Source of the DNA: Macrostomum lignano
Lineage: Eukaryota
NCBI GenBank assembly: GCA_002269645.1
Contig: NIVC01002200.1
Span: forward strand, 62,001-126,000
Length of the DNA stretch: 64,000 nucleotides
Reading direction: 5' to 3'
Made by a program: the position numbers and the translations under genes. Below, one piece after another: positions 44,640 to 58,479 of the stretch. Every line of letters starts with the position of its first letter. Position 1 is the stretch's first letter. The notes beneath the pieces were generated by a model, which searched no databases, was not told the DNA's origin, and was given only the letters and a program-made list of their open reading frames with translations.

Positions 44640-44990
44640 CTCTGTTTTGGCGCCAATTTGAATGTCCAGCCGTTGTGGCGCCAATTTGAATGTCCAGCAG
44701 TTGTGGCGCCAATTTGAATGTCCAGCAGTTGTGGCGCCAATTTGAATGTCTAGCAGTTTTGGAACCAATTTGAATCAACAGTTGTGGCGCCAATTTGAAT
44801 GTCCAGCAGTTGTGGCGCCAATTTGAATGTCTATAGTTTTGGCGCCAAATTAAATAATTAGTTTTGGCACCAATTTGAATGTCTATTTTTGGCGCCAATT
44901 TGAATGTCCAGCAGTTGTAGCGCCAGTTTGAATGCCTAGCAGTTGTGGCGCCAATTTCAATATCCAGTAGTTGTGGCACCAAATGCAATG
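44640..44990. repeat. TTGGCGCC-core repeat (mirror of 23150-23505)
   Basis: Direct reading. Confidence 0.85.
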
Positions 44991-45554
44991 GTTATACATA
45001 TAAATGTAGAAGAAAACTCATTAAAAAACGGATAGTTTCGTAAAAATCCCATCCCCTCGACATTGATATGCATGTATTGCAAATTCTAACAGAGAATTTT
45101 ATAACTTTCACTTCCTACAATATTGCAGCAGTTGCTGAGAGAGAAGAGGCCTTTATTGCAGGCGGCTACTCAGAACTGAAAGAAATGCTTAGTAATAGCT
45201 GTGGCTCCTTGGCCACAGGTGCGGAGTGCCCATACCCGCCCCTCTGAAATCACCCCCCCCCCTCGGTTCTGTCGCTGAACAGCTGTCGGGCGCTGACCAA
45301 CTCGAACCGTGCCCTCTATTTTTTGGTCTCTGCTTTTAGAAGCTAGAAGAACGGCTTAGACAAGAGAGCCAAACAGAACCAAGGACATCTCAAAGCTAGA
45401 AATCTGGACTAGAAATAAGTTTATGTCGATGATTCAGAGGCAGAAATTACACAATTTCATAACTGGTTAAGACAAAACTCAGCTGCCAGTCCAGATGCTG
45501 CAACAAGGACGCGACGAACAGAAAGATTTATATTAAAAGCAATTTTTGGGAGTG

Positions 45555-46113
45555 AATCTATGGAGTGACTCTCTTAGATTCGATTCTAAAAATAGAACTC
45601 TATGGAGTGAATCTAGCGAGTGACTCTCTCAGATTCGATTCTAAAAATAGAACTCTATGGAGTGAATCTAGCGAGTGACTCTCTTAGATTCGATTCTAAA
45701 AATAGAACTCTATGGAGTGAATCTAGCGAGTGACTCTCTTAGATTCGATTCTAAAAATAGAACTCTATGGAGTGAATCTAGCGAGTGACTCTCTTAGATT
45801 CGATTCTAAAAATAGAACTCTATGGAGTGAATCTAGCGAGTGACTCTCTTAGATTCGATTCTAAAAATAGAACTCTATGGAGTGAATCTAGCGAGTGACT
45901 CTCTTAGATTCGATTCTAAAAATAGAACTCTATGGAGTGAATCTAGCGAGTGACTCTCTTAGATTCGATTCTAAAAATAGAACTCTATGGAGTGAATCTA
46001 GCGAGTGACTCTCTTAGATTCGATTCTAAAAATAGAACTCTATGGAGTGAATCTAGCGAGTGACTCTCTTAGATTCGATTCTAAAAATAGAACTCTATGG
46101 AGTGAATCTAGCT
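45555..46113. repeat. 55-bp minisatellite (10 units)
   Basis: tatggagtgaatctag recurs at 45601, 45656 ... 46096. Confidence 0.95.
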
Positions 46114-46337
46114 AGTGATTTGAGTGTACAATTTACAAGCACACATGAAGATTATGGTAGGCAGTTTTGAGCATAGCTCTGGGATCACGATCTCAGGCAG
46201 CCAATCGCAGACCAGATAGACGGACCCCTATAAGATTAAATTCTTAAGCAATGGCATAAAATGCTCCAACCCCAACCCTTGAACTCCTCTCCGCAAATTT
46301 CTCGGCAAAAGAAGATAAGTTATTTTAAAGCATAGAA

Positions 46338-50317
<3,980 letters not shown>

Positions 50318-50999
50318 AATTTGTCGAGATTTTGTCTTCGCCGTTGCTATGGCAACGATAATCTTCAGTTTGAAAAATTAGTGCTAAATTCAATGACAAG
50401 TTTAATATAGCAACAATTTATCAATAATGATATCTATTCGCCTACTACATGAATACAATAACTACAATGCATCAGCTGATAAATGCAAAAAATTTAGTTT
50501 GAGATTCATATTCGCGAATGCCTACTGACTTTAGAGAAAAAAATAAGTAGCGTTTTTTGCGCATTAACGCAGTTAAGTTATTTTCCGTGTTTTATTGGTC
50601 TCTCGAGTCAGGGGAAGCCACAGAATCGCATAGTGGGGATCTGCCGCAGCCGCGGGCTGCTCTTGCTCAAAGCCAGCTGCAGCAAAAAATTCCAACGAAA
50701 CGGCATTGAATTTGAAAACTGTGGCCACCACGCCGGACATTCCCGCGCCGGTGGCAACCCGGCGAAGACAGGCCAGGAGGCGTTGGCCAATGCCGCGCCT
50801 GCGACAGTCCGGCGCTACCTGCCAGCAATATAGTAGTAAAAATAGAGTTTTTTGCTATTTTTAATATAGCTGCAACGAAACTTAAAAAGCCCCACTAAGC
50901 CTACGTAGCGAAGTTGATTTGACGCGAAAGACCGGGGTTCGATTCCGGTGTTACAAAAATAAACTTGAATGCATAAAGCCTGACTCTCATAGAACAATG

Positions 51000-51360
51000 C
51001 TGAACACAGTTTGACATCGTAGCACTTGCCTGAATCTCATAGCAACTGCTTGAATCTCATAGCACCTGCTTGAATCTCGTAGCACTTGCCTGAATCTCAT
51101 AGCACCTGCTTAAATCTCATAGCACTTGCCTGAATCTCATAGCACCTGCTTAAATCTCATAGCACTTGCCTGAATCTCATAGCACTTGCCTGAATCTCAT
51201 AGCACCTGCTTGAAACTCATAGCACTAGCCTGAATCTCATAGCACTAACCTGAATCTCATAGCACTTGCCTGAATCTCATAGCACTAACCTGAATCTCAT
51301 AGCACTTGCCTGAATCTCAAAGCACTTGCCTGAATCTCATAGCACTTGCCTGAATCTCAT
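51000..51360. repeat. 20-nt exon-junction minisatellite (mirror of 15868-16170)
   Basis: Direct reading. Confidence 0.9.
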
Positions 51361-51489
51361 ACAAATATAGCACAGGTTTGCCGGCCTCCAAATCGAACCG
51401 AAAGTTGGCCAACCCGACAATCTGCTGCTGGCCGCAGTCAGCAACGCCTGCGGCCTCTTCTGGAAGCGGCAACAGCAACAGGAAATAAG

Positions 51490-52388
51490 TGTTGTAACCC
51501 GGGTCGGCTTGGGTGCCCAGTCCCGAGTACAATATATATTATATGTGATATAACAGGCGTTGTGACGCTCTGTCTGTACTTTTATGAATACGACGAGCAG
51601 GCGTGGCGACGCTCTGCGATAATAATTCGATCCCTCTGGTGTTGTGACACTCAGAGTTCACGCTGCGGCTCGAGGTGTGGTGACACTCTCGAGTGCTTCT
51701 ATTCTCTATACCGTAGGGCGTACGCAATATATATGGTAAACGGTACCGTACTACAGAAGCTATATGGTCTCCCGGCGTTATGACGCTCTGGCAAGAATTC
51801 GGCCTAGCAAGCTTCCCGGAAAGAAAGGACTCAAACAGCAGGCGGCTTACCAGTGGCCAGATGACTGTTCACCGTTTATTATTCGCAGGTCTCAAGCGCA
51901 GTTTCCGACTTCTTCTTAATTCTCCAAGACTCTTCTCAATTAGGCTATTGTGTTTCTTTTATCGAAGTAGCTAATGTTGCTGTTTCTTTTATCGAAGTAG
52001 CTAATGTTGCTGTTTCTTTTATCAGGTCTCGCGCTTGCACTCTCGGAGCACACCAAAACACAAAAAGCACGCCGGTGGCGGGCAAGAGCCAGAGTCGCAC
52101 CATAAATAGCACCCAAACCCTGGGGCAGACGGCCCCACCGGCTAAGCTCACCAAAACAAACCACGCCGGCCCAGCCAATCAAAACCCCGCCTAAGGGGGG
52201 AGGGGCTGCACCCGCGCCAAAGCTGGCCCGGCCGCAGCCAACCAGCCCTGAGCACGGGGCAGGGGCACGGCTGGGGAGGGGCACGCGCAAAGCCCGGCCG
52301 GGGCCAGACCCTGCCACGCCCGCCAACCCCCCCAACCAGCCCCAAAGTGCAACGCGCCCTGCCAACTGACAAGGGCGCATGCACTACA
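51490..52388 (-). repeat. 3' LTR
   Basis: No difference seen by eye from 57581-58479; sense-strand TATTTAT (52102-52108) and AATAAA (51875-51880); internal 30-nt tandem duplication at ~51951-52023. Confidence 0.95.
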
Positions 52389-52399
52389 CCCTCCCTCCT
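52389..52399 (-). other. Polypurine tract AGGAGGGAGGG
   Basis: Abuts the 3' LTR on the sense strand. Confidence 0.85.
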
Positions 52400-52654
52400 A
52401 CAAAAAAAACAGGGCGGAGCTCGAACCACGGCGACTGGGATTCCAAATTTTTTAAATAACAAAGCAAAAAAAATCAAAAACAACAAAAAAAATTGGGAAC
52501 AAACTAATGCAACAGGGAAAAGCAAAAAAAAGGTTGCCGCAAGAGAAATATGAAAAAGGTACTAGTATTCTGCACGCGAGTTCGTCAGGAGCAACCACGG
52601 GGCACGGAATAGGCCTTCAAAGCTGGCGGCACAGAAAACCATCGCAGGCGGCCG

Positions 52655-53110
52655 GCAGGACGAGCAGATGGCCGGGCGGGACGCGCAAGTTGCCGACAGG
52701 ACACGCAGGTGGCCAGCAGGAAGCGCAGATGGCCGGGCGGGAAGCGCAGGTTGCCGACAGGACGCGCAGATGGCCGGGCAGGAAGCGCAGGTTGCCGACA
52801 GGACGCGCAGATGGCCGACAGGGCACGCAGGTTGCCGACAGGACGCGCAGATGGCCGACAGGGCACGCAGGTGGCCGGCAAGACGCGAAGGCGGCCGGGC
52901 GAGGCGCGCAGATGGCCGGGCGGGAAGCGCACGTGGCCGCCGCAGAAGCCGGCAGGAAGCGCAGGTGGCCGCCGCAGAAGCCGGCAGGAAGCGCAGGTGG
53001 CCGCCGCAGAAGCCGGCAGGAAGCGCACGTGGCCGCCGCAGAAGCCGGCACGAAGCGCACGTGGCCGCCGCAGAAGCCGGCAGGAAGCGCACGTGGCCGC
53101 CGCACAGCTG
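52655..53110. repeat. GC-rich tandem array (~20-nt and 32-nt units) in the Gypsy 3' region
   Basis: Cores gcagatggcc / gcaggtggcc / gcacgtggcc. Confidence 0.85.
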
Positions 53111-53141
53111 CTGAGCCATTCCCCCAGGAAGCTTGACCCCA

Positions 53142-54917
53142 CTAGCATGCAAATAAACCCATACAGTACGAGCGTAACCACATACATACAAGTAAGCAGA
53201 AAATACAGTATGAATCGGAACTGGGCACCCTAGCGAACCCGAAGTCCAGGGACGCCAGATTGCCGGCTGAGAATCGTTCAAATTCGACTGCATTTAGTCC
53301 TTCTGGATGCTGCGCACATGCCGGGCATGTCTCCGCTCCGAAATGTCTCCGTACTGGCTTCCTCGACATTGCGTCCGCGTTGCCATGCGATCGACCTGGT
53401 CTGTGAACGATGCGGTACTGAAATGGAGCCAACTTCTCCAACCAGCGAGCAACCTGTCCCTCGGCGTCACTGAAGTTTTTTAACCATTGCAGGCTGCTGT
53501 GGTCCGTTCGCAGACAGAACGCTTTTCCAAGCAGATAGTATCTGAACTTCATGATGAAAGTCACAACCGCTAGTAGTTCTAAACGAGTCGTACAATAGTT
53601 GCGTTCGGCTTGATTTAGTGTCTTGGACCCATAGGCGATCACTCGTTCTGCTCCATCTGGCTGGACTTGAGAAAGTACCGCTCCTATGCCCATCTTCGAA
53701 CTGCCATCAGTATCGAGGATAAACTCTCCGGCATCCGGGGAGAAATCCGGATGAGCCATAACCTCTGAACTTGTCATTCGTTCCTTCAATGTTTCGAACG
53801 CCAGCTGCTGTTCCGTTTTCCATTCAAACTTTGCGTCTTTTGTTGTCAATCGAGTTAGAGGCGCTGCTATTGCGGCGAAATCTTTAATAAACTTTCTGTA
53901 ATAGCCACACAGGCCCAAGAATGAATGCAGCTCCGTCGAGGATCGCGGTGTTGGCCAGTTCTTCACTTCTTGAACTTTCTCCTCATCGGTACTGATGCCA
54001 GCAGCCGACAGCGTGTGACCGAGAAATTTCACTTGCTTTTGCAAAAAGTGACACTTCTGGGGCTTCAGGCACAAATTTGCTTGCCGCAACTTGCTGAATA
54101 TTTCCTCCAGTCTTCTCAGGTGTTCATCCACGTCGGTTGACCAAACCAGTAGATCGTCGATGTAGACGAGACAGGTTTTCCACATCTGCTTGTCCAGAAC
54201 GGCTGCCATCAACCTGGTGAATGTTGCTGGGCTGTTCACTAAGCCGAACGGCATAACCTTCCATCGAAATTGTCCGCGATGCGGCACTGCAAACGCCGTC
54301 TTGTCCTGATCCTGAGGTCTCACCCCTACTTGCCAAAACCCGCTGTGAAGGTCCATTGTCGAGAAGATCTTGGCGCCGTGTACTGCCTCCAGCGCATCAT
54401 CGACCCTCGGCATCGGCACTGCATCCTTGACGGTGACCTCATTCAACTTCCGATAATCGACGCACATCCTCATTTCCCCTGATTTCTTCTTTACACACAC
54501 CAAAGGAAAGCACCATGGTGACTGTGCTTCTTCGATCTGCCCCTTTTCCAGCAACTCGTTGACTTGACGATCTACTTCTGGCTGTAAGTGGGGAGGCAGA
54601 CGACGCGGTGGGATCTTGATTGGGCGCGCATTCTCGGTGTTAATTTCATGCTCCACCACGGTAGTTAACTTGCTTGAAGTCTGCTTGGTCGTGAACACAT
54701 CGCTGTAACTCCGGACAAGGATTCTAAATTCTTCGTCTTCTTTCGTCGACAGTCCACAGTCGCCGTACGAGTTTGGTAGCAAGTCTGCTTCCGAAGGGCT
54801 GTTGCTGCCTTGGACCTTCGGCTCTTCCTGTGGATCGTCTCCTGACTCTACGGCTAAGAGCTTGATGGTGTTCAACGGTTCGGTGGATTCTAGGGGCAGA
54901 ACCACCCGAGCGTACAA
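53142..54917 (-). CDS. pol: Gypsy Pol: reverse transcriptase and RNase H
   Basis: Motifs RMCVDYRKLN, FSTMDLHSGFWQV, MPFGLVNSPATF, YIDDLL, VKFLGH, FLGLCGYYRKFI, LDTDGS..GIGAVLSQ, NYCTTRLELLAV, RWLEKL..HRPG..NADAMSR. Confidence 0.95.
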   Translation of the reverse strand: MYARVVLPLESTEPLNTIKLLAVESGDDPQEEPKVQGSNSPSEADLLPNSYGDCGLSTKEDEEFRILVRSYSDVFTTKQTSSKLTTVVEHEINTENARPIKIPPRRLPPHLQPEVDRQVNELLEKGQIEEAQSPWCFPLVCVKKKSGEMRMCVDYRKLNEVTVKDAVPMPRVDDALEAVHGAKIFSTMDLHSGFWQVGVRPQDQDKTAFAVPHRGQFRWKVMPFGLVNSPATFTRLMAAVLDKQMWKTCLVYIDDLLVWSTDVDEHLRRLEEIFSKLRQANLCLKPQKCHFLQKQVKFLGHTLSAAGISTDEEKVQEVKNWPTPRSSTELHSFLGLCGYYRKFIKDFAAIAAPLTRLTTKDAKFEWKTEQQLAFETLKERMTSSEVMAHPDFSPDAGEFILDTDGSSKMGIGAVLSQVQPDGAERVIAYGSKTLNQAERNYCTTRLELLAVVTFIMKFRYYLLGKAFCLRTDHSSLQWLKNFSDAEGQVARWLEKLAPFQYRIVHRPGRSHGNADAMSRKPVRRHFGAETCPACAQHPEGLNAVEFERFSAGNLASLDFGFARVPSSDSYCIFCLLVCMWLRSYCMGLFAC

Positions 54918-54993
54918 CCTTGGCGAATTCTGACTGGCTCCTCCGTGATATTGATGAGTCGAGTCGGCAGACGGCTGCCGCTATTTGGGATCA

Positions 54994-56505
54994 CTAAGGC
55001 CTTAGCAAGCCAGCGGCCAGCTGCCAAATCGTTCGCCCGAGATTCTCAGTTAGGCCGACACACCCTCTGTTCCGTCGTCCTTTGCTCTCCAGCCTTGCTG
55101 ACAGAACTGCTTGATGACCTGGCGGTATTGTGCTGGACCTTGTCGCCAAAATTCTGCAAACGATCGGGCGCTCAGCTTGCCATCGGAACGGGATTGCAGT
55201 GTCCTGCACTGAAAAGACAGCTGTCTTGTAGTCGATGACGCAACTGTTGTCCCTGCAGAAGTCGGATCCCAATACCAGTTGGTACTTCACTCCGCTGACT
55301 ACCAAGGCTGGAGTATCTATTACTTTATCAGCGATTGACAGTCGCAACAGGACTGTTCTCTCGATTTCGATCGGGCTGCCGTTTGCTAAGCTAACGTAGC
55401 CTTCAGCACCGGCCAAATCTCTGACGCTCTGTTTCGGCATACTTTGGTAAGCTTCCCGTGAGATAATGGTGCAGGAAGCTCCCGAGTCCACTAGCGCGTT
55501 CACCCTCCGCCCTGCGATTGAGGCCGTAACATATATCGACGCAGGATTGATTTGAATTGACTGAGGTGCGTTGACGGTGATTGGGCGCTGCGACTGTGCA
55601 AAACCGGCTAGTTGATGGTGAGGTGCAGTACCGGACGCTGGAGGCTGATGAGGCACTGTAACGGACACTGGATGCTGATGAGACTCAGTACCGGACACTG
55701 TAGGCTGATGAGGCGCAGTACCGGACACTGGAGGCTGATGAGGCACTGTACCGGACACTGGATGCTGATGAGACACAGTACCGGACACTGGATGCTGATG
55801 AGGCACTGTACCGGACACTGGAGGCTGATGAGGCGCAGTACCGGACACTGGATGCTGATGAGGCGCAGTACCGGACGCTGGAGGCTGATGAGGCGCAGTA
55901 CCGGACACTGGATGCTGATGAGGCGCAGTACCGGACACTGAATGCTGATGAGGCGCAGTACCGGACACTGGAGGCTGATGAGGCACTGTACCGGACACTG
56001 GATGCTGATGAGACACAGTACCGGACACTGGATGCTGATGAGACTCAGTACCGGACACTGTAGGCTGATGAGGCGCAGTACCGGACACTGGAGGCTGATG
56101 AGGCACTGTACCGGACACTGGATGCTGATGAGACACAGTACCGGACACTGGAGGCTGATGAGACGCTGTACCGGACGCTGGAGGCTGATGAGGCGCAGTA
56201 CCGGACACTGAATGCTGATGAGGCGCAGTACCGGACACTGGATGCTGATGAGGCGCAGTACCGGACACTGGAGGCTGATGAGATGAAGTACCGGACACTG
56301 GATGCTGATGAGGCGCAGTACCGGACACTGGAGGCTGATGAGACGCAGTACCGGGCGTTTGATGATGATGAGATGAGATGACGACTTGTTCGGAGGCTGA
56401 CGAATTGCAGGGGCTCACTTGCCTCCAGCTGGTGGGCCCCTCTAGCCTTTTCCCGGCTTTGGGCACTGGAATGAGAGATGGCCTATCTCCCCGCAGTTGT
56501 AGCAC
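54994..56505 (-). CDS. Gypsy Pol N-terminus: 24x10-aa repeat linker plus aspartic protease (entered by a -1 frameshift)
   Basis: ALVDSGASCTIIS retropepsin motif and LVLGSDF; two apparent 1-nt losses (~55030, ~54905) separate it from the RT frame. Confidence 0.88.
   Translation of the reverse strand: MLQLRGDRPSLIPVPKAGKRLEGPTSWRQVSPCNSSASEQVVISSHHHQTPGTASHQPPVSGTAPHQHPVSGTSSHQPPVSGTAPHQHPVSGTAPHQHSVSGTAPHQPPASGTASHQPPVSGTVSHQHPVSGTVPHQPPVSGTAPHQPTVSGTESHQHPVSGTVSHQHPVSGTVPHQPPVSGTAPHQHSVSGTAPHQHPVSGTAPHQPPASGTAPHQHPVSGTAPHQPPVSGTVPHQHPVSGTVSHQHPVSGTVPHQPPVSGTAPHQPTVSGTESHQHPVSVTVPHQPPASGTAPHHQLAGFAQSQRPITVNAPQSIQINPASIYVTASIAGRRVNALVDSGASCTIISREAYQSMPKQSVRDLAGAEGYVSLANGSPIEIERTVLLRLSIADKVIDTPALVVSGVKYQLVLGSDFCRDNSCVIDYKTAVFSVQDTAIPFRWQAERPIVCRILATRSSTIPPGHQAVLSARLESKGRRNRGCVGLTENLGRTIWQLAAGLLRP
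55619..56352. repeat. 30-nt coding tandem repeat (24 units; T-A/V-P/S-H-Q-H/P-P-V-S-G)
   Basis: Perfect 30-nt period without indels. Confidence 0.95.
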
Positions 56506-57335
56506 TTGACACCGCTACGCTGCTTCGAGCTGGACGGAGCCGCCTGCTTGGATTGTTGCTTGTCTTGAAGACCGGGTTCGGGCGGCTCCTGCTGGCCCTG
56601 CTGGATCTGCTCCATCCGTCGGATCTTTTCTTCTATTTCCTTTACTTTTTGACGCAGTTGCCGTAGCTCCTCGTCTTTGCCGGTGTCACCTGTCGACGTT
56701 TCGGTGGCAAAGGCATTCAGCCCAGCCCTGGGTCTGGCTTTGGACTGGGTCGAAGACGCCTTCTGGGCTGCTTCAAGTTGTCTTACTGTTCGAATGGCAT
56801 CGGTGAGGTTGGCCGGCTGCTGCAGGTACAGTCTTTCTCGGACAGTGTCGGTTACTCGAACGCCTTTTAGAAATCTGTCTTTCGCCAGCTCTGTCCTGGT
56901 GTCGGCATCCGCGGTGGGGAAGGCATTGCGCACCAACTCCAGCAGCTCGTCCCCGTAGGTCTCCACAGACTCCTTGTCTAGCTGATCTCGATTCGATAAT
57001 TCAAAACGGTAGTCCTGGGCTGTTCTGTTCATGGTGAACCGCGCCAGCAGTGCATCCGTGAATTCCCCGTACTCGATGTCGTCTGCCAAGTCCAGCTTAT
57101 CAACGGCAGCGTAGGCTGTTGTGAGGTCGAGTAGGCCGATCAGGTGCGGCCGCCTGGCTTCTTCTTCTATACCGACAGCCTCGCAGTACTCGTTGAAACT
57201 CTGCAGCCATAGGCTGAAATTCATCGTTGGTATGTACTTGGGCGGCTTCGAGAGTCGTGGCGCTGCTCGGTCGGCGTTGGCTCTGAGGCGCGCAGCCAGC
57301 GCATCGATCAGTTGGTCCATAGCTTGATCACCCAT
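56442..57335 (-). CDS. gag: Gypsy Gag with CCHC zinc knuckle
   Basis: First ATG at 57335; capsid-like helical region and CYNCGEIGHLSFQC; TAG at 56444-56442. Confidence 0.92.
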   Translation of the reverse strand: MGDQAMDQLIDALAARLRANADRAAPRLSKPPKYIPTMNFSLWLQSFNEYCEAVGIEEEARRPHLIGLLDLTTAYAAVDKLDLADDIEYGEFTDALLARFTMNRTAQDYRFELSNRDQLDKESVETYGDELLELVRNAFPTADADTRTELAKDRFLKGVRVTDTVRERLYLQQPANLTDAIRTVRQLEAAQKASSTQSKARPRAGLNAFATETSTGDTGKDEELRQLRQKVKEIEEKIRRMEQIQQGQQEPPEPGLQDKQQSKQAAPSSSKQRSGVKCYNCGEIGHLSFQCPKPGKG

Positions 57336-57559
57336 GGCCGAAGTCACTGAATACCGTTGCTACTCTTTACTCTGAGGTGGTGATAGCTATCAATCTCTGA
57401 TAACCAATCAGTTGTCTGTCACCGTGATCAATGTCTTTTGCGGTAGGGCAATAGCCGCAAGCGATAAGCAACAGTCGTTTTAATAAGAAAAAACGCTCAC
57501 AATATGACAGCAATTTTCATAGAAAGCAACTGAGCCGACTTTCAATCTTTGGGGACAGG

Positions 57560-57577
57560 GTCCCTGTTCGGGCGCCA
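57560..57577 (-). other. Primer-binding site TGGCGCCCGAACAGGGAC (tRNA-Lys UUU, 'Lys3')
   Basis: 18-nt perfect complement of the 3' end of tRNA-Lys3, 3 nt downstream of the 5' LTR. Confidence 0.92.
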
Positions 57578-57580
57578 ATT

Positions 57581-58479
57581 TGTTGTAACCCGGGTCGGCT
57601 TGGGTGCCCAGTCCCGAGTACAATATATATTATATGTGATATAACAGGCGTTGTGACGCTCTGTCTGTACTTTTATGAATACGACGAGCAGGCGTGGCGA
57701 CGCTCTGCGATAATAATTCGATCCCTCTGGTGTTGTGACACTCAGAGTTCACGCTGCGGCTCGAGGTGTGGTGACACTCTCGAGTGCTTCTATTCTCTAT
57801 ACCGTAGGGCGTACGCAATATATATGGTAAACGGTACCGTACTACAGAAGCTATATGGTCTCCCGGCGTTATGACGCTCTGGCAAGAATTCGGCCTAGCA
57901 AGCTTCCCGGAAAGAAAGGACTCAAACAGCAGGCGGCTTACCAGTGGCCAGATGACTGTTCACCGTTTATTATTCGCAGGTCTCAAGCGCAGTTTCCGAC
58001 TTCTTCTTAATTCTCCAAGACTCTTCTCAATTAGGCTATTGTGTTTCTTTTATCGAAGTAGCTAATGTTGCTGTTTCTTTTATCGAAGTAGCTAATGTTG
58101 CTGTTTCTTTTATCAGGTCTCGCGCTTGCACTCTCGGAGCACACCAAAACACAAAAAGCACGCCGGTGGCGGGCAAGAGCCAGAGTCGCACCATAAATAG
58201 CACCCAAACCCTGGGGCAGACGGCCCCACCGGCTAAGCTCACCAAAACAAACCACGCCGGCCCAGCCAATCAAAACCCCGCCTAAGGGGGGAGGGGCTGC
58301 ACCCGCGCCAAAGCTGGCCCGGCCGCAGCCAACCAGCCCTGAGCACGGGGCAGGGGCACGGCTGGGGAGGGGCACGCGCAAAGCCCGGCCGGGGCCAGAC
58401 CCTGCCACGCCCGCCAACCCCCCCAACCAGCCCCAAAGTGCAACGCGCCCTGCCAACTGACAAGGGCGCATGCACTACA
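57581..58479 (-). repeat. 5' LTR
   Basis: 899 bp, TGTAGTG...ACAACA on the sense strand. Confidence 0.95.

Larger units (their letters stand above)
51490..58479 (-). mobile_element. Ty3/Gypsy LTR retrotransposon (6,990 bp), gag-pro-RT-RNase H, no integrase detected
   Basis: 899-bp LTRs (57581-58479 and 51490-52388), TG...CA ends, 4-bp TSD TAAG (51486-51489, 58480-58483), PBS, PPT; the left arm shows the empty site. Confidence 0.96.

Noticed and set aside
57560-57577. HIV/lentiviral contamination
   Set aside because: Only the tRNA-Lys3-complementary 18-mer matches; the RT and RNase H motifs and domain layout are Gypsy-like, and there is no env.
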